Below are positions 36,649 to 46,700 of a DNA stretch of 64,000 nt, in pieces. Under the pieces are notes generated by a model. It worked only from the letters and a program-made list of their open reading frames with translations, was not told the origin of the DNA and ran no database searches. This DNA is from a virus: the IMG/VR virus record IMGVR_UViG_3300003937_000144, positions 1 to 64,000 of that record, one strand, 5' to 3'. Each line of letters starts with the position of its first letter. Position 1 is the stretch's first letter. The translations under genes and the position numbers were made by a program.

Positions 36649-37794
36649 ATGGAATTAGAATCTCTTGTAGTTACTGGTGGTGCCACTGATATATCAGGTT
36701 TAGTCCAAGATGTAACGCTGTTTGAAAGCATAGAAGGTTATATACAAGGAAGTATCCATATTCTTGATGGTACTAACTTCTTTGATAGGGTTATTGGTTC
36801 AACTGACGAATTAGTACCTATCACAATTAGTTATATTTATATGGGTATAGAAGTTGAGTATGTATTCCAGGCTGATGGTATCAGCAATATGAAGATAAAC
36901 AAAGGTAGTAAAGATTACAATATACATTTAATAACGCTTATCGAACAAAACTTAAAATTAGTTCCAATTAATGCAGCGTTTTCAGGAACAAGTCATGAAA
37001 TTGCTGCAAACATATTTCACGATGCAAATCTAGATGTTGGACCTCTCTTATATGTAGATAGCGCAGCAGTTACTACGGGTAAATATATTGTACCAAATAT
37101 TCCTGCTGGAGATGCTATAAGAAATGTAGTAGATGGTGCAATGGATATTGATAGTACTGGTTTTTATATCTACCAAAGACTCAATGATAATGGAAAAACA
37201 AGAATGGGTTCTTTGAAACAAATGGCTAATAATAAATTTATGAAAAGCCGAAAGGATGAATTTGTAATTTCTGGTAAATTAACAGGTAATGATGATGAAG
37301 ATGCTGGAGATAATATAGACAATATAGGAACATCAAATAAGTTTAATGTTCTAGAATATAAAAGAAACTTTACTGATAAAATCGCTGCTGGAGATTTCGG
37401 AAATAAAATTCATTCAGTTAGTCTTGACGAAACTGATGTTATAAAAAATGAAGCAACTGAAGATGTTAGTATTGTGCGAACTGTATATAAATCATCTAAT
37501 AATTTATATAATACTGAGAAGAATATATTTGCTACGGTTAATGATCCTCAAAGCAGTATGGCAGTAAATCAGATTGCACGTGTACACCATACAAGATTAA
37601 GTGTTGAGGATATAGTGCCAATACCTAATATTGGATGTGGCATGACTATAGAAGTTGAATTGGGTAAACAAGAAAATAGTGAATCAATATCAGATGGACC
37701 TTATATAATTTCTGATATTAATCATGTCTTGACATATAACGGTAAGGCATATGATTATAAACAACGTATGACATTAATAAGAGAGTATGCATAA
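36649..37794 (+). CDS. Baseplate hub protein (gp27-like)
   Basis: Position between gp53 and gp5; LFESI, G.YIISDINH. Confidence 0.6.
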   Translation: MELESLVVTGGATDISGLVQDVTLFESIEGYIQGSIHILDGTNFFDRVIGSTDELVPITISYIYMGIEVEYVFQADGISNMKINKGSKDYNIHLITLIEQNLKLVPINAAFSGTSHEIAANIFHDANLDVGPLLYVDSAAVTTGKYIVPNIPAGDAIRNVVDGAMDIDSTGFYIYQRLNDNGKTRMGSLKQMANNKFMKSRKDEFVISGKLTGNDDEDAGDNIDNIGTSNKFNVLEYKRNFTDKIAAGDFGNKIHSVSLDETDVIKNEATEDVSIVRTVYKSSNNLYNTEKNIFATVNDPQSSMAVNQIARVHHTRLSVEDIVPIPNIGCGMTIEVELGKQENSESISDGPYIISDINHVLTYNGKAYDYKQRMTLIREYA

Positions 37795-38632
37795 TGTATT
37801 TTGGAATAGTAAAAGATATAGAAGATCCTTTAAAGCTTGGAAGAGCTAAAGTAAAAGTATTTCACGTTCACGATAATATATCTACAAACGATCTTGGCTG
37901 GTCAAATATTGCAATGCCAGCAAATGTACCTGCTAAAAGTGGTATAGGTTCTTCAGTAAATTTATTAATTGGTACATTAGTGTTTGGCTTCTTTGAAGAT
38001 AATATGTTACAAGAGTTTGTGGTTGTAGGAACTTTACCTACAAAGACTGCTGGGCTACATGATAACAATGTTAGAGTAAGAGCTGAAGCAGATCCAAATG
38101 CACGTGATCCTAAAGGTACATATGAACCAGCTAGCGGATACGCGCCTGTCTATCCATTTAATAATGTTATGGAAACAGAGAGTGGACATGTTAAAGAGTA
38201 TGATGACACTCCTGGTGCAGAACGTATTGTGGAAAGACATAAGAGTGGTACTCAATATGAGATCCAACCCAATGGTTCAAAGAATGAAAGAATTGTAAGA
38301 GATAATTATACATTGGTATGTGGCAATGATACACTTGAAGTTAAAGGTAATGTTAGAATTTATGTGCGTGGTGATGCGAATATTTTAGTAGCAAAAGATC
38401 TAACTACACAAGTTGGTGGCGATATGGTTGCAGATGTAAAGAATATACTAATGATGTTGGGTCAACATATTCAGGAATAATATCATTAGATGGCGATGTA
38501 GCAATTACTAAGAATTTGTCGATTGAAGGTATAACAACTACTAGTAACGCTACTGATAAACTTATATTAGATGGACATGTCCATAATGAGAACAATGTTA
38601 ACCAAGATAGAACGGGTGGTCCGATTAATTAG
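37794..38632 (+). CDS. gp5: Baseplate central spike (no lysozyme domain), frame broken near 38440; HxH tip in the -1 frame
   Basis: DPLKLGRAKV OB-fold, YPFNNVMETESGH..EYDDTPGAER, beta-helix repeats; continuation ...LDGHVHNE...TGGP ends at 38632. Confidence 0.85.
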
Positions 38633-38640
38633 TATAAATA
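38633..38640 (+). promoter_or_regulatory. Late promoter TATAAATA
   Basis: Exact consensus before gp25. Confidence 0.75.
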
Positions 38641-38646
38641 AGATAT

Positions 38647-39045
38647 ATGGCAGAGATAGCACGACAAGAAACGTATAAAGATTTAGATTTTACTTTTAAG
38701 CAAAATCCTAATACCAATGACATTGGAATAAAGAAGAACAATGCAGCGGTAATACAAAGCTGTCTTAATATACTTCGCACTAATCACGGTGAGCGACCAT
38801 TTGATTATCTTTTTGGTGCAAACCTAAGAGCATATCTCTTTGAGAACATGACAAATGTAACAGCATCGAACATGGGAACAAGTGTTAATATAGCTTTAAA
38901 GAATTACGAGCCAAGAATAGAGGTACTTAATACTAATATTAACGCAAAGCCCGATGAGAATATGGTATATATTACAGTAACCGGTAGAGTTAAATCAACT
39001 AACGAGATATTAGACATCGCTACCACAATAGAGAGAATACGATAA
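38647..39045 (+). CDS. gp25: Baseplate wedge subunit
   Basis: YKDLD, NIL.T..GERPF...FG, YEPRI. Confidence 0.93.
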   Translation: MAEIARQETYKDLDFTFKQNPNTNDIGIKKNNAAVIQSCLNILRTNHGERPFDYLFGANLRAYLFENMTNVTASNMGTSVNIALKNYEPRIEVLNTNINAKPDENMVYITVTGRVKSTNEILDIATTIERIR

Positions 39046-40934
39046 TGGCAATAGAACGCAGAATTTCAGCAAGTGAATTAGACTTTGACCAAATAAAATT
39101 AAATCTAGTTAATTATATGAAGGCAACAGATACAACCTTCAATGATTATAACTACGATGGCTCAGCGATGAGTACCATCATTGATGTATTAAGTTATATA
39201 ACACACATTAACTCTATGAATGCGAACTTCGCTTTGAATGAAACATTTCTTGATACAGCTCAGCTACGAACTTCAGTTGTATCTCATGCCAAACTATTAG
39301 GATATACTCCAAGATCTATTGCCCCTTCGGTTGCTTATGTCGATGTTAAAATGAATTACGATACTACAGCAACTCCTTTATGGAATCATGATTCTGCTAA
39401 TGCTCCATTGCCTTTGTCAATGCCAAGAGGTACTACATTCCAAACAATAATTAATGGTGTCACATATCCAATGTTTAATTCAGTTACAGAAAATATTGTA
39501 TTTGATTCAACAGATGGTTGGAATTTCTCTAATGTTGCAATTGAACAAGGGGTATTAACTAGTATAACATACACATTCCAAAATAATAATTTCGAATCGT
39601 ATATACTTCCTATGGTAAATGTTAACACAAGCTCGATTAAGGTAACAGTTACCGATTCAAATTCAACATCAGCAGCTAAAGTTTATTCTCTTAATAGTAA
39701 TGTAGTTGACTTAGATGGTTCAAGTGAAGTGTTCTTCTTAGAAGAAGGAAGAGACGGGCATTATGAAGTTAAATTTGGTGATAACATTGTTGGTAAGAGA
39801 CCAGGCAATGGTAACAGTGTTGAGATAGAATATTCACATATACCTACTGGTGTTAATGTGAATGGTGCTACAGTGTTTAGTATGACAGGAACACTTAACG
39901 GCAATACCGATGAGACGATGACACTTGTGACTAAAGCTACTGGTGGTGCAGCAAGAGAAACTAAAGAGGCAATTAAATTTAATGCTCCTCTTGCTCACGT
40001 ATCTCAAAACAGAGCTGTTACACCAGATGACTATAAAGCTATTATTAAAAACGAATTTGCTGACGTTGAAGCAGTATCAGTATGGGGTGGTGAAGATCAT
40101 GATGTACCTGATTATGGTAAAGTATATATTAGTATCAAGCCTTTATCGGCTGATGTATTAACCACAGTACAAAAGGAAACAATCATTGGAAATATTCTTA
40201 AACCTAAAAATGTTGTAAGTATCACTCCTGTCCTTCTTGACCCTGAGTATACGTATATTAATTTAGAGGTTTTCTTTAAATTTAATCCGAACCTTGCTTC
40301 AGTAACTGCAGAAGGTTTGGCAACATCAGTAAGGAGTTCACTTATCTCACATAATACCGACGTACTAAAAAGTTTTGGTGGAGTATTTAGAGCAAGTAAT
40401 GTTATGAAGAAAATAGACGATACTAATATTGCTATCCTATCTAACATCACTCGTATTAGAATGACAAAGAAGATCATACCAGTGCTTGGTACAGCAACAT
40501 CATACTCACTTAAGTTTAATCAAAAGTTAGATAGTTTAGATGGTACTACATCAACTCTTGGTTCTTATGTGTCATCAAATTTATTTACATATAGTGGTCA
40601 GCAATGTATGTTAAAAGACTTCTATGATACTTCAAGCGGTACAAGAATTATTCAAATCGTTGATGCTAATGGAATAATATATAATACAAATGCTGGTTCG
40701 GTAAATGAAACTACTGGAACTGTTACATTAAATGGCTTTAATCCAACTGCACTTCCTACTGGACAAACTACAATCGATGTTAAAGTTAATCCAGCATCGA
40801 ATGATATTAAACCTATGAGAAATGAATTACTAACTATTGATACATCAGGCGCAACTATAACAGGAACAATTGATACTATGGCTACTGGTGGTACGACTGC
40901 TGGAATCGATTACGAAACAGAGGCTAGCTGCTAA
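39045..40934 (+). CDS. gp6: Baseplate wedge subunit
   Basis: LDFDQIK, NETFLDTAQLR.SVVSHAK.LGY.P, FGDN..GK, QNRAVT..DY, VWGGE. Confidence 0.95.
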   Translation: MAIERRISASELDFDQIKLNLVNYMKATDTTFNDYNYDGSAMSTIIDVLSYITHINSMNANFALNETFLDTAQLRTSVVSHAKLLGYTPRSIAPSVAYVDVKMNYDTTATPLWNHDSANAPLPLSMPRGTTFQTIINGVTYPMFNSVTENIVFDSTDGWNFSNVAIEQGVLTSITYTFQNNNFESYILPMVNVNTSSIKVTVTDSNSTSAAKVYSLNSNVVDLDGSSEVFFLEEGRDGHYEVKFGDNIVGKRPGNGNSVEIEYSHIPTGVNVNGATVFSMTGTLNGNTDETMTLVTKATGGAARETKEAIKFNAPLAHVSQNRAVTPDDYKAIIKNEFADVEAVSVWGGEDHDVPDYGKVYISIKPLSADVLTTVQKETIIGNILKPKNVVSITPVLLDPEYTYINLEVFFKFNPNLASVTAEGLATSVRSSLISHNTDVLKSFGGVFRASNVMKKIDDTNIAILSNITRIRMTKKIIPVLGTATSYSLKFNQKLDSLDGTTSTLGSYVSSNLFTYSGQQCMLKDFYDTSSGTRIIQIVDANGIIYNTNAGSVNETTGTVTLNGFNPTALPTGQTTIDVKVNPASNDIKPMRNELLTIDTSGATITGTIDTMATGGTTAGIDYETEASC

Positions 40935-42235
40935 TGGCCCATATCGGTAAATATAATATATCATCTTATGTTAATGACTTAATACCGGAACATGTAGCTA
41001 CTTCATATCCTGATCTTATTGAGTTCATTAAGGTATATGCATTATATTTAGAACGTCAAAACAAATCTGGATTCTATCTTAACGCATTAGATATCCAAAG
41101 AGATATTGATGAAGTAGAAGAGACATTACTTACAGAGCTTCAGAATGAAATTGGTATTGCTATACCTAGAGACTTTGCTACAGATCCAAGGATGTTCTAT
41201 AAGCATTTGATTGAGTTCTATAGAAGTAGAGGTACACCTGAATCAATCACATCATTTTTTAGAACTATATATGATGATGAAGTTGAGACATACTTTCCGT
41301 ATATAGATTTACTTGTTCCATCAGATGGAGACTGGACGGATCAAGCTGCGGATATTAAAATTAATCAATCTAAGTATACCCCTTGGAATACATTTACAAT
41401 ATCCGGTACACCTACAGTCGTAAGTGGAAATAATGATGCAGGTAACTCTGCATTTTTTGATGACGATATTGTATTTGTAAATGATGTATATAAAACTCCA
41501 GGTACAGATTATGCTGAAGGAGTATATTCAGAATCAAGTACAACTAAATATAAATTAACATTTACAAGTGCATTAGCAAACAGCGATGTGGTTAAGACAT
41601 ATCCTAAAGGTTTGTTTACTACAGCAAATGGTTTCTTATCAGATAGAAAATATATACAGGACTCTTATTATTATCAAAAGTTTTCATATGTTCTTAAGAC
41701 TGGTAAAAATATTTCTGATTGGAAGAATGCATTTACAAGACTAATTCACCCTGCAGGATTTATATTCTTCGGGGAAGTATCAATATTTATTCAGCTATTA
41801 ACTTCAACTAATGATGAAGTACAGCCTGGCTGGTTAGCAGCTGCTGGTCTGATAAATATAAACATAGCACAACTTCAAATTGGTCCAGTTTCATTCCATG
41901 AAGTTGGAAGCTATTTAGAGAAAACTTGGACATACTTTGCAAGAGGTAGTTCAGAGTTCAGCATTATTGGAATGCAGAATCATTGGGATAACATGAAGTT
42001 TAGATATTTAGGTCCAAATTCAAACTTTGCTCATTATACACTTCAAGATGCTATAAATAACAATATAAGGATACAACATAACCAAGAGGTTATGAAATTA
42101 ACGTGTGATACCGTTGCCGTACAAGCTGGTGAACCATATACAAGTACATATACTAGACCATATATAGTAAATGGAGTAAACCAAAATAGTGATATAACTT
42201 ATTACGTGCAAGATTGTACATCAACATATTCATAA
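40934..42235 (+). CDS. gp7: Baseplate wedge initiator (gp7-like)
   Basis: FYRSRGTPES, IQDSYYYQKFSYV, IHPAGF. Confidence 0.8.
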   Translation: MAHIGKYNISSYVNDLIPEHVATSYPDLIEFIKVYALYLERQNKSGFYLNALDIQRDIDEVEETLLTELQNEIGIAIPRDFATDPRMFYKHLIEFYRSRGTPESITSFFRTIYDDEVETYFPYIDLLVPSDGDWTDQAADIKINQSKYTPWNTFTISGTPTVVSGNNDAGNSAFFDDDIVFVNDVYKTPGTDYAEGVYSESSTTKYKLTFTSALANSDVVKTYPKGLFTTANGFLSDRKYIQDSYYYQKFSYVLKTGKNISDWKNAFTRLIHPAGFIFFGEVSIFIQLLTSTNDEVQPGWLAAAGLININIAQLQIGPVSFHEVGSYLEKTWTYFARGSSEFSIIGMQNHWDNMKFRYLGPNSNFAHYTLQDAINNNIRIQHNQEVMKLTCDTVAVQAGEPYTSTYTRPYIVNGVNQNSDITYYVQDCTSTYS

Positions 42236-42256
42236 ACATATAACAGAGGAAATAAA

Positions 42257-43759
42257 ATGTCAGCAATTATTACAAGTAAATTTAGATTAGATACAACGAA
42301 TAAGTTCGTAGATAGTCTTGCAGCTAACCAATTCTATATGGCACTGGGAAGGCCGAATGCTTGGGCAGACGACACCTCTCCAACGGTTCCATACGAAAAT
42401 GATTATGCAAACAACACTTTATGGGAAAACATGTTTGCCATGAAGAAACTAGACGCAACAGATATTGTTCATTGCGCAACAAGAAACTTATGGGTATCTG
42501 GTACAACATACATCGAGTATGACGATCAAGATACAAATATTGAAAGCAAAAAGTATTTTGTTATTACAGATAATAACAATGTATATATGTGCTTAAAAGC
42601 AGGAGCAGGAACAAGCTCAACTAACCCGGATATAATAGGTGTACAAACTTCTGGAGTTTTAAATCACTCAGGATCAGATGGTTACATATGGAAATATATG
42701 TTCACTGTCCCAACAGCGGATGTAACAAAATTCTTAACATCTACTTTTATACCAGTTAGACTTATTGAATCAGCTCCGGTAGCTGGATCAGATACTGCAT
42801 TGACAAATCAATGGAGTGTTCAACAAGCGGCTATCGATGGTGCAATATATAATATGAAGATAACAGCGGGCGGTACAGGTTATACAAGTACTCCTACATT
42901 AACTATTACAGGTGACGGCACAGGTGCTACTGCTACGGCAACTCTTACATCAGGTGTTATTACAGACATCACGATGACGGCTGCTGGTACAGGATATACT
43001 CACGCGACTGTTGCAGTAAGCGTAAGTGGTGGTTCTGGTGGTGCGGTAAGACCAGTCATTGGTCCTCCAGGTGGATACGGCGCTAGCCCTACTAATGATT
43101 TACGTGCACACTATGTAACAATTAATAAAGCATTTACTGGTGATGAATCAGCTTCTATTCCTGATGCAAACGACTTTAGACAAATAGCTATTTTGAAAAA
43201 CCCAACTACATTAGCCGCTAGCTCAACTGCTATCGGTGGTGCTGGCTCAATGGTTGTTGGTCAATTTTATAAAATCTTAACATTAGGTAATAGCTCAGCT
43301 GCAAACTGGGCAACTGCTGGAGCACCAGCTGATTATGTTGTTGGAACTGTATTTAAAGCAATAGCTACTACAAGTACTGGTACAGGTACCGTTGGTGCTA
43401 TAGCAAGTGCTACAGCATATAATACGTGTTCAAGCTTAACGGTTGCTACGGGTAATACATTCCCGTCAGACCAAGTTGTTGAAGGTACTATAACAGGTGC
43501 TAAGGCTTTTGTTGTTGAATATAATGCCACCTCTGGTGTATTACATTATATACAAAACGAAGCTACAGGCTTTGTAGCATTCACTGCTTCAGATTATATT
43601 CGTGAAGAAGGCACATCAATTGCAGGACAAGACTGCACAGCAGTAACAGCACCTTTAATTAACCATCATTCAGGTGATGTTATGTTTATCGAGAATAAAA
43701 CAGCAACTAGCAGGGCAACAGATCAAGTAGAAACAGTACGATTAGTAGTCGCATTTTAA
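42257..43759 (+). CDS. gp8: Baseplate wedge subunit
   Basis: MSAIITSKFR, VYMCL, DGYIWKYMF, FRQIAILKNP, Q.E.VRLV.AF. Confidence 0.88.
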   Translation: MSAIITSKFRLDTTNKFVDSLAANQFYMALGRPNAWADDTSPTVPYENDYANNTLWENMFAMKKLDATDIVHCATRNLWVSGTTYIEYDDQDTNIESKKYFVITDNNNVYMCLKAGAGTSSTNPDIIGVQTSGVLNHSGSDGYIWKYMFTVPTADVTKFLTSTFIPVRLIESAPVAGSDTALTNQWSVQQAAIDGAIYNMKITAGGTGYTSTPTLTITGDGTGATATATLTSGVITDITMTAAGTGYTHATVAVSVSGGSGGAVRPVIGPPGGYGASPTNDLRAHYVTINKAFTGDESASIPDANDFRQIAILKNPTTLAASSTAIGGAGSMVVGQFYKILTLGNSSAANWATAGAPADYVVGTVFKAIATTSTGTGTVGAIASATAYNTCSSLTVATGNTFPSDQVVEGTITGAKAFVVEYNATSGVLHYIQNEATGFVAFTASDYIREEGTSIAGQDCTAVTAPLINHHSGDVMFIENKTATSRATDQVETVRLVVAF

Positions 43760-43772
43760 ATAGGACAGACAC

Positions 43773-46700
43773 ATGGCAATTTCATTTAACGTAGAACCAT
43801 ATTGGGACGATTTTGAAACCGCAGGAGCGGATGGATTATCCCCAAAAGAAAAATACCAAAGAGTATTATTCAGACCCGGTAAGGCTGTACAAGCAAGAGA
43901 GTTAACTCAGTTACAAACATCATTACAACATCAACTATCTTCTACGGGAGATCATATATTTAAAGAAGGTTCGGTTGTTGTTCCTGGTGCACTTCACTTG
44001 CATAATAAACTTGACTATGTAAGACTATCAGCATGTAACACCGGTTTAGTTGCCGATATAGTTGGTACTGAATATACCGATGGTACAAACGTTGCTAAAG
44101 TTATCCATGCAGCTCTAGCTTCGGGTGATGACTCTATAACAATATGGGTACAATATATATCTGGTGCAGTATTTGCATCAGGCGCTTCATTAACAGCAAC
44201 AGGAAGTAAGACAGCGACTGTTGCAAGTTCTAATGATGCTAATGCAAATACGCCTACAGGCTTTGGCTCTATTGTGTCACTAGAAGATGGCATATATTAT
44301 ATTAAGAAACATATGGTTGTAGCTAAGGCTAAGACAATTATATTATCTAAGTATACAAGCAATGTGTCATTTGATATCGGCTTACTTGTCACTGAAGCTC
44401 TTGTTAGTTCAGGTACTGATGCATCGTTAAACGATAATGCTACAGGAACTCCTAACGCATCAGCTCCAGGTGCACATCGTTATTCTATTACAGCAGTATT
44501 ATCTACTCAAGCAGTTAATGCGACAACAGGTAACTTTGTTCTTATAGCTCGATTAGAAGAAGGCATTGTTATTAAGAATGCTCGCACCGCAGATTATAAT
44601 CACCTTGAAGATGAACTAGCTCGTAGAACATTTGACGAATCTGGTAACTACTATGTAAATCCATTTAAAGCTCTTGTTAAAACACATCAAGCAGCAAGTC
44701 CTGATGCTACCAAATTAACTCTTGCTGTTGAGCCTTCTAAAGCTTATGTAAGAGGTTATGAAATCCAAACATTATCAACTACTAATGTAACCGTTGACAG
44801 AGCAAGAACATCAGAAGTTGTTTCAGATAAGCTTACAGAGGTAACACACAATAACTATATTGAAGTCACAGCAATGACCGGCGTTCCTGATATTACTACA
44901 TTCGGCAAAATCTCTATTGAGAATTCAGGTGGAAATGAAATTGGTACTTGCCGAGCTCGTTCGATTGAACGTGTTTCAGGTGATGGTGCAACGGCTGGAT
45001 CAAGATATAGAATACATATATTTGAAGTTGTTCTTGATTTAGCAACGTATCCTACTGGTATGGCAGTTGCAACTCAACTAGATGACAAAGAAGGTACAGC
45101 GGCAGGTACAGCTTTTGCTGCGACTATTGCAACTTACAACTTTGGTCCAGACTCATTAATATATGAATTACCATATAAAAGAATTAAGACACTTAACGGT
45201 GAAGTAGATCCAAACTTATCTGCTGTATATGACTTTAGTTATAATACTAATCGCATCGTTGGTTCGGCTACAGTATCAGGTTCTGGTACCGCAACATTTA
45301 CTGCGGCAGCTACTGGTGAACAATTTGGATCTAAGTCAGCTAATACAAACTGGATTCTAATAAATGATACTAATGATGGTGATGGCGGTGAAGAAGTTTT
45401 AGTTGGTGATATTACAATTGATAATAATGCAACTCCACCGAATGTTGTTATAGATGGCTTACCAACCACTGGAGATTTAGGCGGTGGCGGCAGTGATGGT
45501 GCTGTAGGTGATACAGTAAGATTAATTGCACCTATGGTTAGAACTCTAACACATAAGACTAAAACATTATCTGCAAATACATCCGTAGCTTTTGGTGCTG
45601 GTGTGACTGGAGGATATGATGGTGCAGCGGCTGGATATGAAAAAGGTCAAGCACTTGGTCATGCTGACGTACACCAATTAGTAACTGTTGTTGAGACTTC
45701 AGGTTCTACTGATGTTACTGAACATTTCGAATTAGATACAGGACAAAGAGATGATTACTATGATGTAGGTCATGTTAAATTAAAGAGCACATCAAACTAT
45801 ACTGCGGCTGTAGCACTTACTGTTACATACAAATACTTCTCACATTCAACAGGAGACTTCTTCACAGTTGATTCATACACTGGTCAAATCGATTATGCAG
45901 ACATTCCTAAGCTTGGTGATTTAGAATTAAGAGCTTGTGTTGACTTTAGACCACGCGTAGCAGATGCTGGTGGTAACTTTACAGGAACAGGTAATTCAAT
46001 ATCAAATGCTCCAGTTAAAGGTACACAATTCTCAACTGATATTCAATTCTATCTACCAAGAATAGATAAAGTTTATTTAAATTCTGCTGGTACATTTGGT
46101 GTTGCGCCTGGCGTTCCATCACGTTACCCAGAAAAACCAAATATTCCATCCGATGCAATGCATTTATATACATTAACTATTCCTGCATATACATTAAATC
46201 CAGGTGAAGTAGAAGTTGAATACATAGATCAGCGTAGATTTACTATGCGCGATATTGGTCGTATTGAAAAACGAATTAATCAAGTAGAATATTATAGTGT
46301 GCTTTCATTCTTAGAAGCTGAAGCACAGAATACACAAATTTTAGATGCATCTAATAATGCAAGATGGAAATCAGGTTATTTAGTAGACGCATTTTCAAAT
46401 ACTAGAATGTCGAGATCTAATTCCTCAGAGTATAAAGCCTCTGTTGATTTAAAGAGTCGTACATTAAGACCTCCATTCTCTCAAGGTAATGCTTCATTAG
46501 ATTATCATGCGTCATCTACTACAGTTAGAACTGGCGATTTAGTTACATTGCCATATACCTCAGCTGCTATGATAACACAAGGGCAGTACTCTGGTCTAAT
46601 TAATGTTAACCCTTACGATGTATTTAATTGGACTGGTGGAATGACACTAACTCCTACTACTGATGAATGGCGCGATGTTGATAGAAGGCCTGAAGTAGTA

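Noticed and set aside
38430-38445. Programmed frameshift in gp5 (and gp59)
   Set aside because: No X XXY YYZ heptamer at the junctions and sequence appears to be missing; a deletion or assembly error is more likely
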